This document shows positions 10,345 through 20,927 of a stretch of 64,000 nucleotides of DNA, in pieces. The stretch comes from Savitreella phatthalungensis (lineage: Eukaryota): positions 372,001 to 436,000 of the forward strand of contig AP039692.1 in NCBI GenBank assembly GCA_051599415.1, read 5' to 3'. The stretch's first letter is position 1. Each line of letters opens with the position of its first letter. Under the pieces are notes generated by a model. That model was given only the letters and a program-made list of their open reading frames with translations. It did not search any database and was not told the DNA's origin. The position numbers and the translations under genes are program-made.

Positions 10345-12221
10345 ATGATGACGCATCAAGCGAGCATCAATCTGCCTGACAGTTCAGTGAACGTTCCCAA
10401 AAATCCATGGGTACAAGTCAAGAAGTCAGTCTCGCTACAGAATTCACCACGCGCGGAGCGTAACTCGCAACCGCCAAATCAGCCTACGAAAGAGCAGCCT
10501 GTAGCTTCCTGTGGGATTTCAACAGATCCTGTCAGCGCCATCGAGTCTCCAGAGATAGGTAAGAGGACGATCAGGAGCCCACGGACTGATGAAGGAGGAC
10601 CAGACTTCAGCAAAGACCTCTAGTAAGTCAACTTCCTGCCACCGCACAAGCCGAGACTAACACCGCTCAAGTATTGGGAACGTCCCAAGATCCATGACGA
10701 CGGAAGCGTGAGTACCTTCGGAACAAATGTAAGTGACACAGCGACTGACTTCTTTCCTAGTCTGCTTGATCTTCTCACCTCAATGTATGGTCCGTTGACG
10801 ATCCTTCGACGGGGAGCATCACATGGCATTCGCACGACCGAGTCGACTGACAGGGATTACGTATTCTGTGGGTTTGAGACGCAGGAGCAGCGTCAGATCG
10901 CGCTCGAGGCGGCGCTGGCTGGACGTGTGCCTTCGTTCGGTGGCCTGAGGCTGCGTGTGGCAGCGCGAGTGGATCGACTCCATTCACAGTACACACCTCG
11001 CGGACCGAACTATCGTCGTCAAAGCCGCATCGAGCTGGGTGACTACGCCAGCCAGATATTCTCACGTCTTCCTTTCAATCGCCAGGAGCCAGGCGCGAAA
11101 GCCGACCACGCCGACAATCACCATGATGACATTCGCAGCAGCACGACCATCAGCCAACCGGTTGACGAAACAGCTCATATGCCACCAAGATCGCCTGCTG
11201 TCAGCGAGCCTGATCACACACCCGCTTACACGCTCGCTAAGATGGACACGCCGACACATATGATGCCACGAGTTGTGAGTGACGACCGGAGCAGTGCAGG
11301 CCGCCTGAGCTCCGACAGCATGGCATCGCCCAGCATGACTTGGCATAAATCCGGTTTGTGGCGATCCGGCAGTCAAGGAAGCTTCCGTTATCGCAATGGC
11401 ACAATGAAACGCCGCGCGACCACTCAGTCGAATCACTACCAGAACTCGCCAGATCATCGACAAAGTGCTCGCCGACAAGACGAGCAGCCTATGCGCATGC
11501 AGACCATCTACTACTCTGACATCATCGAGGTCAGCAACTTGCCGACCTACATGAGTCCTGCGACCTTTTTTAACTTGCTCGGTATAGCCGCTTCCTGTCA
11601 TCCCATTGAAGGATTGCAAATGCTAACACTCAACAGCACCGTACAGCGCATCCGCTGTGTTCATCTACCCCGAGACAAGGCCGAACGGGCTGCGCGTCGG
11701 GGAGGCTCAATTCGAGCGATTCGAGGACGCCCGGATGGTGTGTCGTCGCGATTCTAGACCCACTTGTTGTCACTTACTGACCCGTGTAGGCTATCAACGG
11801 GCTTCATGGTGCTTGGTTGATGGGATACCAGCTCGTCGTGACGCTGCGACCATGTATGATGGTTCCGAGTATGCCGAGCATGCAGACAGGGCAGGGCCAG
11901 TCGCCTGCTGCGTCCTGGAGAGCTGGTACGTATGGAAGCAATGGATTGTCGTATCTGTCCTCGAGCTTTGCAGAGACGCATGCTTCATTCAATCGCTGCG
12001 CCTCGGATAGCAGCTCGTCAAGCAATCAGAAATTCGGTCGTCAGAAGAAGTATCGACCTCGTCCAGATGATTCTGAGGAGCTCGAATTCTTCATCGAGGG
12101 TCTAAGCATCAGCGACAGTCCCCGATCGAGTCAGACCAAGCTAGAAGATGGTCCCCGTTCGCCCTCACAAGCGCAGGAAGACGTGAAGAATCAGACAGGA
12201 TCTCTGCTCTCCTCCTTGTAG
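10345..12221 (+). CDS. Two-RRM RNA-binding protein, 5 exons (introns 10623-10671, 10708-10760, 11582-11636, 11738-11789)
   Basis: Removing four GT..CTRAC..AG introns joins the ORF-track fragments in frame. RRM1: LYIGNVP...RDYVFCGF...LRLRV. RRM2: IEVSNLP...RVGEAQFERFEDARMAINGLHGAWLMGYQLVV. Confidence 0.8.
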
Positions 12222-12250
12222 CGGCTAATGCCCGATAAAGAGTTGCGCGC

Positions 12251-12814
12251 TCATCTGAAGCTCGATCTGCCGCGTGTTCCATCATCCGTGACCGATCCAT
12301 CTTTTGAGATGTCTGCTGTGTTTCCGAGCATACTGTACTCCCTTTCACCGCCTTCACCCGTCCACCTGTGAATTGCTTCTCGCTCGAATGTCTCAAAGTC
12401 CCACTCTTCTGGCAGGAGCTGCTGATGGTCGAGCCAGATGTACGTTTGACAGGTAATCTCAGACGGCGACTCTGACAAAGCATCAACAGGCCGGACCGTA
12501 ACTTGCCGGCGCACGTACTCATCGCCTTCGAAAGCATCAAGACGCTCAATTGCACGCGTATCGAGGTTCTCCACGAGCATGCCGCGCACGCTTGCTCCGG
12601 ACGTTGTATCGGGAACCACCGCCGGATAGTCCATCCCGCGAACGCGATGTCTACGATGTCCTTCAAGCACTGCCGGTATATACACGCGCTTCTCATCAGC
12701 GCCAGCCACGCGAGCGAGCACCTTAGCGTGCATCAGCGTCCCGTAGAAGAAGCAAGATGTCACTGCCCCTGCATCCTGCAGTCCAGACTCAGGCACGTCG
12801 ACATATGCAGACAT
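12251..12814 (-). CDS. Gamma-glutamylcyclotransferase / AIG2-like family protein
   Basis: FFYGTLM, DYPAV, VRGMLV, LDAFEGDEYVR motifs. Confidence 0.88.
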   Translation of the reverse strand: MSAYVDVPESGLQDAGAVTSCFFYGTLMHAKVLARVAGADEKRVYIPAVLEGHRRHRVRGMDYPAVVPDTTSGASVRGMLVENLDTRAIERLDAFEGDEYVRRQVTVRPVDALSESPSEITCQTYIWLDHQQLLPEEWDFETFEREAIHRWTGEGGEREYSMLGNTADISKDGSVTDDGTRGRSSFR

Positions 12815-13187
12815 GACTATCACCACCAAGTCTACCGCCTTTCACCAATACAGGGGTCAATAGCAAGAGAGTCGACGTGAGACGAGTGTTCGACTATGAA
12901 TGCCATGACGTCTTTGCTGAAACACGCGCATCCTCGAGCTCGGAACTCCCGGCGCGTCACAATTTCCGGAGAATATGAGTCCGAACAAAAACTATGCACG
13001 ACCAAGCACAAACACCATCCATTTTATATTGCAAGTCATCGTCACAAGCACGCACCTTCATAGAGCAACACATCTACCCTTCTTACAAGTAGCCCAACGT
13101 CTCTGGAGGCATCCCTGGATCTGTAATTGGCTGTGATCCTGTAGCGCTCAGCCGCTATCGTGTAGCAGTATCAGGATCAGTCACAAA

Positions 13188-14267
13188 ATGCCGCCGCTCA
13201 ACTACTTCTCGAATGAGACTTTCTCCAGCATCCTCGGAAGCATCTCGATCACGGCATGGATCGTCGTCTTTGCACCACAGATCTATACAAACTTCCATCA
13301 CAAGAGCGCGGACGGGCTATCGCTTAGCTTTGTGGTGATCTGGCTGCTCGGAGACCTGTTCAACATCGTTGGTGCCTGGCTGCAAGACGTCATGTGGGTG
13401 ATGATCGTCCTGGCAATCTACTACACGCTCGCAGATATCGTCCTGCTCGTACAGTGCGTCATCTACCGCAGAAAAGACGCAACACTCCCGAGCAGCACCC
13501 GACCTGTTGGCGCAGCCGCAGGCCATGTCGTTCCGGGCGACATCACAAACGAGCTGGCAGACCCGATCCAGCACGCATCCGTCGCAACACCCTTGATACC
13601 AAAAAAGATCGAGATCACACGATCCAGGTCGACTGCGAAGAGCGCGCTGCTCAACATCTGCGCGCTCCTCGCAGTCTGCACTGTCGGGACGGTGGCTTGG
13701 TATGTCGGTGCAGTCTCATCCGCACCACGGTATAGCGAGCCCGCTCGACCGCCACCGTCAAGCGGACCTAACGGCCGGCACGGCCACGGCTTAGGCAAAC
13801 ACCACGAACAGGTTACCCTGGCAGTGGCCATGGACCTGCTTGCGTCAGCCGCAGGAGCGTACAAGGGACCTGTTGGGAGAATGCCGTCGCTGGAGTGGAA
13901 CATTGCAGGACAGATTTTTGGATGGATGTGTGCTGTGACTTACCTGGGTTCGAGGTTGCCTCAGATTCTGCACAACTGGCGGCGCAAGTCGACAGAGGGC
14001 CTGTCGAGCCTGTTCTTCATGTTTGCATGCCTGGGCAACTTGACCTACGTCGGCAGCATCCTCGTCAGGATGTGGGACACACCTTACCTCCACCGCTACC
14101 TCGCCATCAACGCATCCTGGCTAGCAGGATCCGCAGGAACTCTCTGGCTAGACTTCATCATCCTTGCACAGACACTCTACTACCGATCACAGCACGGAAA
14201 ATCCATCGAGAGAGACACCGAAGAGCTTGACGATGATGATCAAGAGCAAAGTCTCATCAGGGCGTAA
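13188..14267 (+). CDS. PQ-loop vacuolar cationic amino acid transporter (Ypq1/Stm1-like)
   Basis: Two PQ loops (FAPQIYTNF...SADGLS; RLPQILHNWRRKSTEGLS), about 7 hydrophobic helices, C-terminal acidic dileucine-like EQSLI. Confidence 0.9.
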   Translation: MPPLNYFSNETFSSILGSISITAWIVVFAPQIYTNFHHKSADGLSLSFVVIWLLGDLFNIVGAWLQDVMWVMIVLAIYYTLADIVLLVQCVIYRRKDATLPSSTRPVGAAAGHVVPGDITNELADPIQHASVATPLIPKKIEITRSRSTAKSALLNICALLAVCTVGTVAWYVGAVSSAPRYSEPARPPPSSGPNGRHGHGLGKHHEQVTLAVAMDLLASAAGAYKGPVGRMPSLEWNIAGQIFGWMCAVTYLGSRLPQILHNWRRKSTEGLSSLFFMFACLGNLTYVGSILVRMWDTPYLHRYLAINASWLAGSAGTLWLDFIILAQTLYYRSQHGKSIERDTEELDDDDQEQSLIRA

Positions 14268-14486
14268 CATGACGTCGTTGTACGCGATCGAGTCAGCGAC
14301 AGAGAGGGAAAAAGGTATAGCTAGTCGGGTAGCCTTTTTTGATATATCTTTACGAACACGCACCCACGTTAACTCTATCTTATGAGGTCGTCTCACATCG
14401 TCTCAAGGAGGGTGATAGAAGGGCATGATCACGTAATCTGTCATTGATGGTCATTCATATAGCTACGGCAAAGTAGAGTCGTGTCG

Positions 14487-15739
14487 TTAGTAGCGTCGAG
14501 CTTCCATGCCTTCGGGCGGCAGGGTCTCTGTTCGTTTAGAGCCGACTGACTTCCAGTCTGTCGAGAGTGAGGTGCCATTGGACTCTGTGAAAGACTTGAT
14601 CATCGCACGTCGGGTATCGTCATCTGCGTCCTTGTAGATCTGCTGGAAGAGTGAATTCACGTCACCACCCGAGCTCTCACCTCCGGCATCAGCGCCACTC
14701 CCAGGACGGCCAGACGAAGCCGCGTGCGAGGACGACGTCGACGAAGACGAGTCAAGCTCGTTCGCAAGCAAGTCCCAGTTCTTCGGACCTTTCCTGGAAG
14801 AGGTCGGGTACAGAGGCGCAGTGTTGGAGGCGGAGGTGTGGGCCACGCGAGTGGTCGAGGGAGCGTTTGAATCGTCGGACGCTTCAAGCGAAGACCATTT
14901 GTGGCCAACGACTTTCTTGACCAGGACAACTTCCACCTTGGTCGACAGCGCACGCCACGACGACTTTGCGACATCGATCGCCCCGGCTAAGTGCTCAATC
15001 TCGTGCACGTACTCCCCACCAGTACTGGGCGCAGGCAATGCAAATGATACACTCACAGAGCGCTCGCGGATCTGCACGTCGCATGTCGTCTTATCGACAC
15101 CTTTGACGAGAAACGATAGTGTGACACGGTCGCTCGATTGATACCACTCGAATGTTGGTTTCTTCGGACCTTTCGGGATGGGTAGAGGTGGGAGCTCGGA
15201 TGTCGTCTGCTTGGTGGTGGATTGCTCATGTGTCGAGGCGATCGGCTGACTGATGGGAGAAGATTTGAGTTCCGGGACTTCGGCTACCGTCGCTTCTCCG
15301 AAAGACACCCCCTCAGCAGCTTTCTTAATCCGAGCTTCCCACAAACCCATTGCCTTGTCTGTGCAGCCCGCGTTCACAGCCTGCATGAAGCAGAACAGAG
15401 CATCTGCAGGGCGACCACCGAGTTGATGAAGTGAGATACTGCGACGAAGCTGCGCTAGGCCGAGCTTGTCCTTGTTGCCTTGAGCGTGAGCAAGCGCAAC
15501 AGCATTGTCTGCATCCACAAGAGAATTGTCGAGCTGCTTGGCACGCAAATACGCTGTCGAGCGAGCAATATAGAGATCAGCGTTACGCGGACTGCTTGCA
15601 ATGGCAGTGGTATAGAGCGTGATGGCCTCGCCTCAAAACGAGTCAGTATGAGCTCATGCCTGCTTGATCGATGCCTGATCAACTTACCGTAATTGCCACT
15701 TGCTAGCGCCCGAGTAGCGGCTTCAACAGTATCCTCCAT
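14487..15739 (-). CDS. SGT1: Sgt1 Hsp90 co-chaperone (TPR-CS-SGS), intron 15632-15687
   Basis: Spliced N-terminal TPR (MEDTVEAATRALASGNY-GEAITLYTTAI), CS domain EWYQS...STKVEVVLVK, SGS domain YPTSSRKGPKNWD...FQQIYKDADDDTRRAMIKSFTESNGTSLSTDW. Confidence 0.93.
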
Positions 15740-16101
15740 TCTTCTCTTGTCGTGATAGCTGCTCTTCAACTATACCGCTGACCTGGATCTTTGTCTTTGA
15801 TGCCGTCTAGAGTGCTCGAACTTTCAATGGCGTCAGGTGTTGGGTGGGATGATGTCTTTGAAGAGGAATGAGCATTGTTGAACCTGCACGTGCACATGCA
15901 GTCACATGCTTTAATATCAATGCAGGCAGGACCTCTGAACAGGATAAACATAAGGCAAGGATACCACTAGACATCACAGACAGCACATCATTATCCTCAT
16001 CACCATCACCAGTATCGACATTCACGCGCTTCCGTTTGTCTCCTGCTACCCCTTGAACGATGCGCCATACGATGTCAGAGGTGTAGCTACGGGAGTCATG
16101 G

Positions 16102-19100
16102 ATGGAGACCTTTACCAGCGAGGGTGACACCGGCACCCCATCATTAAGCACCAGATCTAGGACTTCTTCTGTCGCAGCCACCGATTCGACAGCTACCAAT
16201 GGCTCTTATATTCTCAGGCTGGATCATGGACATAGCGCTAGCACACCGGGTCACAACGCTAGCTCGATCACGCACGATGATCAGCCGGTCGACGATTTGT
16301 CGACCCAGGAGCTTCTGACTCCTGCAGAGGATGCCAGAGACATACTTCTCACAACTCGGCTTGTAGGCCGCATACGCATCATCGAAAGTATACAGAAGGG
16401 ATCTGACGACTTCAGACACGACGGCAATGATGACGAAAGATATGATAACGATATATACAACCTGAACCTTAATAATCAGCCAAGACTTCCGGGGAAGCTT
16501 GAGGAGCGTCAGTTGCACTACGATGAGCCCGATGTCATGGTCCCACAAGCTCTACTACGGCGATACTTGCGTGAGGATCACGCAATTGCTAAAACTGATC
16601 TCGAGAAGAGTCTCTCACAGGGAGCGATCCTGGCTCGCGGCAAAGCGAGTCGAATCGGCCGATCGCCTGTCGACTGCTTCGCGTACGTCTGTGCTGAGGA
16701 GCGCTTCGTGCTCAGGGTCGTGGCAGTCGGTGCTAGGCACACGACCTGGCAATGCTACGACCAAACAAATGACCTACTGATCAAGACGACCACGGTATCG
16801 GCCGACACCCACATCCGCGGCGCAGCTTCACGACAAATGCCCGACCCCATCCGCCAGGTTGAGTTTGGAGAGGCAGGGAGAGCGACCTGTGTCATGTGCT
16901 GCACAAAGCGTGAGGTCTACGTCTTCCGCATCACTCTTGCTTCAGCTCGGAACCTCATCATTACTCTCGCCGCCCACATCAAATCATCTGATCTCTCGAA
17001 TGAGAGACCTGTGCATGCTGCGATGGGTATTCGCAACGCTGGAAAGCTGATTGTCGTTACGCATACTGGCACAGTAACCATCTGGGCCATTCCAGGAGCA
17101 AAGCCGACAGTCCACAGATTTGCAGCAGCTTCGCCAGTGGTCGTGGACTGGTTTCGTGCACCTTTGGAGACAGCCACAGCTGAGACACTGACACGATCTG
17201 CTCATTGGCACCCAGGCACCACTCAGGCGATCATCACGGCCTGTCGCGCCGAGATCAATGTGATCCAGCTAGCTTCAGAGACTGAAAGCCTACGCCTACT
17301 TGTGGTCGAACCAGGCGAGCGGATCTTAAGTGTCACCTGCCGACCTATGCCGCTCTCCATCCTCGATCCAGCTTGCATCTGCGTGCTGACGACAGAGCGC
17401 ATCCACATGCTGCTCTTGCCTCATGACTCGCCGTTCCACATCTCGCATTGCACTTCCTGGCGACATCACATGCATGCATGGGGGCTTCACATACTACCAC
17501 TGCGGACGGCAGTCAACACCCTCTCGGTGATGCTACATGCGGCCCTCTCACATCATGTCCAGGTATTCTCATGGACAGCGCCAGCATCCAACGCACGTCC
17601 TGGGGGACCGTCAGCATCTCGAGAAGAGCTTATGCGGAACACTGAGCTTCTGCACTTGGTACGACAGCATAGGGTGTGTTCGATGGTGCTGTTTGACGGA
17701 CGACATGAATCATCTGCTGCTCTTTCAATCTCGAGTATCGTCATCTTGGACGAACAAGCCAATCTCGTGATTGTGCACGCTGCCCATGCGCAGCCTTCTG
17801 TCATCTTCACCCAATTCAAGTCTACAGCTTCCCGGTTGAAACTCACCGCCCAGGATGAGATCATTGACGAGGCTATATTGCAGGAGGATTCCGACGTAGT
17901 AGACGACGACAACATCATTGGCGACGACGACATCTTTACAAGTCAAGTCGGAGTTGGTGAGATCGAGAGATACGGTGTCAATTCTCCGGTGGCCGCGTCG
18001 ACGAAGCGATCCCGAGGACGTGTGAAAGTTGATCCAGATGAGATCATTCTTGAGCTGCGGCCGATTCTGGATCTAGCCGAGGGCCGATTGATAATGACGG
18101 ACAAGGCAACGCAAGGTCAAGAAGCCGATGAGAAGCCTCTTCTCAAAGCATCAGATCCTGTGCTCCCGCTCAGCCGGTATCTCCCCATCAGCAAATTGCC
18201 AACTGATCTTGACGATGCTGACGTGGTTGTCGAGCGACTTGTGCGTGACTGGATTGATGGTGGCAGTGGTCAAGTGTTTCAAGTTCCAGGCTGGTCGCGA
18301 ACAGCTGTTCCGCCCGAGCTGGCGATCTCGGCAGAGGGAATGTCCGGCGAGGAACTCTACCCGGCTATTCTGCCTTGGTATGGGCCGCCGTCGAGCTCGA
18401 GAGCATTGACGCAACGTCAAATCGACGAGCTCGAAGCCGCTGCACGCCGGGCAGCAACTGGTCTACCCCTCGCGTCCATCATCCTCGCGCGGACCGACGA
18501 CATCGTCGCTGGTGCAGCAGGCGCGAGAGAACCAACACTCGCAGACTGCGTTGTGCGATCGCAATGTAGACCAGCCAAGGCACCTGGCATCTTGGCCTCG
18601 ATACTTGCCGAGTGGAAGCTCGGAACGCCCGTGACAGATTACCAGTGGCGCAGCGTTGACGATGAGCAATATGAGCCGACCAGGATGCACGGAGAGCATT
18701 CTGGCAGGAACGCGGATGAGTCGGAGCATGATGGGCACCAGCATCACCTCCATACTCCTTCGAGGCCAACGGATGTCGTTCTGCCGACGATCGGTCTGCC
18801 TTCAATCAGTAGGCGTGAGCGTGGCGAAGAGAGCTACGACGTCCCAGCGAGTCAGGGCGATTTTGGTCGCGTTCGTTTTGATGTGCCTCAGAATCAGGCC
18901 GCACCATCGATGACGCAGGTGCCTGCCGGCCACAGAAGCACTCAATCTGGCCCCTTCTCAAGCCAGCTATCTCAAACGGGCTTCCACAACACTCACAGCA
19001 CACCGCAGATCGCGATGACGCAGACCGAGCCAGGTCGATTCGGTGGTCGAGTCGGCGGTGCTGCTGACTCTGGCAAGATGCCGGTAGCCAGGAAGAGGCG

Positions 19101-19116
19101 CCGGGCTGGTTTCTGA
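16102..19116 (+). CDS. RRN6: Probable RNA polymerase I core factor subunit Rrn6 (TAF1C-like)
   Basis: 1004 aa; beta-propeller-like middle (PIRQVEF, SWRH), ILAEWKLGTPVTDYQW, and the C-terminal MTQTEPGRFGGR...RKRRRAGF typical of fungal Rrn6. Confidence 0.7.
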   Translation: METFTSEGDTGTPSLSTRSRTSSVAATDSTATNGSYILRLDHGHSASTPGHNASSITHDDQPVDDLSTQELLTPAEDARDILLTTRLVGRIRIIESIQKGSDDFRHDGNDDERYDNDIYNLNLNNQPRLPGKLEERQLHYDEPDVMVPQALLRRYLREDHAIAKTDLEKSLSQGAILARGKASRIGRSPVDCFAYVCAEERFVLRVVAVGARHTTWQCYDQTNDLLIKTTTVSADTHIRGAASRQMPDPIRQVEFGEAGRATCVMCCTKREVYVFRITLASARNLIITLAAHIKSSDLSNERPVHAAMGIRNAGKLIVVTHTGTVTIWAIPGAKPTVHRFAAASPVVVDWFRAPLETATAETLTRSAHWHPGTTQAIITACRAEINVIQLASETESLRLLVVEPGERILSVTCRPMPLSILDPACICVLTTERIHMLLLPHDSPFHISHCTSWRHHMHAWGLHILPLRTAVNTLSVMLHAALSHHVQVFSWTAPASNARPGGPSASREELMRNTELLHLVRQHRVCSMVLFDGRHESSAALSISSIVILDEQANLVIVHAAHAQPSVIFTQFKSTASRLKLTAQDEIIDEAILQEDSDVVDDDNIIGDDDIFTSQVGVGEIERYGVNSPVAASTKRSRGRVKVDPDEIILELRPILDLAEGRLIMTDKATQGQEADEKPLLKASDPVLPLSRYLPISKLPTDLDDADVVVERLVRDWIDGGSGQVFQVPGWSRTAVPPELAISAEGMSGEELYPAILPWYGPPSSSRALTQRQIDELEAAARRAATGLPLASIILARTDDIVAGAAGAREPTLADCVVRSQCRPAKAPGILASILAEWKLGTPVTDYQWRSVDDEQYEPTRMHGEHSGRNADESEHDGHQHHLHTPSRPTDVVLPTIGLPSISRRERGEESYDVPASQGDFGRVRFDVPQNQAAPSMTQVPAGHRSTQSGPFSSQLSQTGFHNTHSTPQIAMTQTEPGRFGGRVGGAADSGKMPVARKRRRAGF

Positions 19117-19146
19117 TTCGTAGCAAACAATCGCAAACATAAAGAC

Positions 19147-19513
19147 TTATGCCGTGCCTTCAGTCTTCTTCAACTCAGCTGCATAAGCCTCCTGCATACA
19201 AACTTAGTCAGTGATCACAACCTCGACACGCAAGGCAGAAACTTACGGCAAGAGCAGTTGGGTTGATTCGCTCTTTTCGAAACACCTCTAGCAATTCGTG
19301 TATTTCTTCCTTCGATAGGCCGAACGAGCGACCGCTGCCTGCATCAGCACCGGCTTCCACAAGCGCCGCCCGACCTTCGGGATCATCGATCTGGGCAGCG
19401 ATCTCGGGTGACAGGGTCGCCATCACAGCTCGCGGTCGAAACAGGACTCGCGTGATGTCGTAGATAATGTCAGCCTTGTCTCTGCCGACATTGCTATCGT
19501 TCGTCGGCGCCAT
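19147..19513 (-). CDS. MZT1: Mzt1/MOZART1-like gamma-tubulin complex microprotein, intron 19192-19246
   Basis: DIIYDITRVL...GLSKEEIHELLEVFRKERINPTALA|EAYAAELKK resembles the Mzt1 pattern (ILHEISTLL-LDREEL-GVNPEALAAVIKEL). The GTAAGT..CTGAC..CAG intron restores the last helix. Confidence 0.6.
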
Positions 19514-19889
19514 GAGAAAGGAGGTATCTTAGTTCTGAAGTTGGCTTCGGGACTTGAAGACAAAAGCGCGTGCAGGCGTCTACGTGTAAGATTTGTGTTT
19601 CCGTACGATTGTGAACGCGATTGCCCGATTAGGAAACTGTCAACATTGCCATGAGTGCATCGATGCACGCGTGCCCAAAGTGGAGCAGGCTCACTCAGGC
19701 ACTGCTTACACGGAGCCTTGAGCTACTGGCTATTGAGCGCTCGCCATCTGACCGAGTGCGTAGAAAAGCGTTGTAGACGCTCGAGAGCTTGCGCTGGCGC
19801 AGCAGCAGATGGATGGAAGAGTTTAGAGGTATGATCTGTATGCATATTGTACATTAAGGGACATACGTACTATATCGTATATACCGATC

Positions 19890-20927
19890 ATGGCTGTGGA
19901 GGGTCAAAGTACGCCAGAGGTGCTGAATGCTAATCGAGATCTACTCGAAGTTAAGCAGACAAAGTTCGGAGGCCGATCGTACCATGCTCGACGGCGGATG
20001 GACCGAGGGACGGTCTTGGCCAGGGAAACGCCGACTGTGTTTGCCGTGTACGAGTCGTTTCGGAAGGAGGTATGTGCTTGGTGCTGGCGATACTGCCAGT
20101 CCAGGGCTAGACCTGGCAGCGAGGAGCTTTCGCGGTATGGAGGATCGAATTGGACGCTGAAATGCGGCGACTCCTCTCGTGCCTGTTCGGCGCCGTGCCA
20201 GCGTGCGTACATGAGCAGATTCGGAGAACTGCAGCAACAGCTCGATCGAATCCCAACAGAGCTCAAACGGAGGCTTGGTGGGGATTTTGATTATGATATG
20301 CTCCGCTTCTGTATGTCTGCAGACCTCGTCCGAGAACATAAGGACGAGTCGTTGTCTGGAAGTGCATGGGATAATTTGCTCGTGCTGCAGGACGACTGGC
20401 CGGCGACGGGTGCGAGCGAACGAGAGTCCGTCAGACTTGTCGATCAGGCTATCGCATCATTGAATCGGAAGAGTGGCAAGCAGAGGCGAAACGATACCAG
20501 CGCTGGCAGTGTCGAAGAAAGCTCCACAGCACGGATAGCCATTGGGCGGTCGAAGTGTAACTGCTTCGGTATCTGGGAGCAGTACCAGACCGAATTGCCT
20601 GAGGATTCACATGCCGGAATTTGCCAGACAGATGTCCCGGGAGAGAGTTTTCCAGAAGCCGAGCAGCTGGGATACGCGCTGTATCCATCGAGCAGCTTGT
20701 TCAACCATTCCTGTCGGCCGAATGTGGCCAAGGTGCGTCGAGGCCGCCTGCTTGAGTTTGTCCTTGAGGCAGATGTGGAAGCTGGTCAGGAGCTCTGTAT
20801 CAGCTATCTTGGTGACAGAGAATTTGATTCGACCGCTTCGCGTCGGCGTGCACTCGCTCTGTGGGGCTTTGACTGTGCCTGCAGTCTTTGCATGGAGGAG
20901 GCGGAAGGCAAAGCCACCAGCAGCTAG
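19890..20927 (+). CDS. SMYD-type SET-domain lysine methyltransferase (Set6-like)
   Basis: FGGRSYHA, MYND-like CAWC..C..CS..CQ, NCFG, SLFNHSCRPN, ELCISYL, post-SET FDCACSLC. Confidence 0.88.
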   Translation: MAVEGQSTPEVLNANRDLLEVKQTKFGGRSYHARRRMDRGTVLARETPTVFAVYESFRKEVCAWCWRYCQSRARPGSEELSRYGGSNWTLKCGDSSRACSAPCQRAYMSRFGELQQQLDRIPTELKRRLGGDFDYDMLRFCMSADLVREHKDESLSGSAWDNLLVLQDDWPATGASERESVRLVDQAIASLNRKSGKQRRNDTSAGSVEESSTARIAIGRSKCNCFGIWEQYQTELPEDSHAGICQTDVPGESFPEAEQLGYALYPSSSLFNHSCRPNVAKVRRGRLLEFVLEADVEAGQELCISYLGDREFDSTASRRRALALWGFDCACSLCMEEAEGKATSS

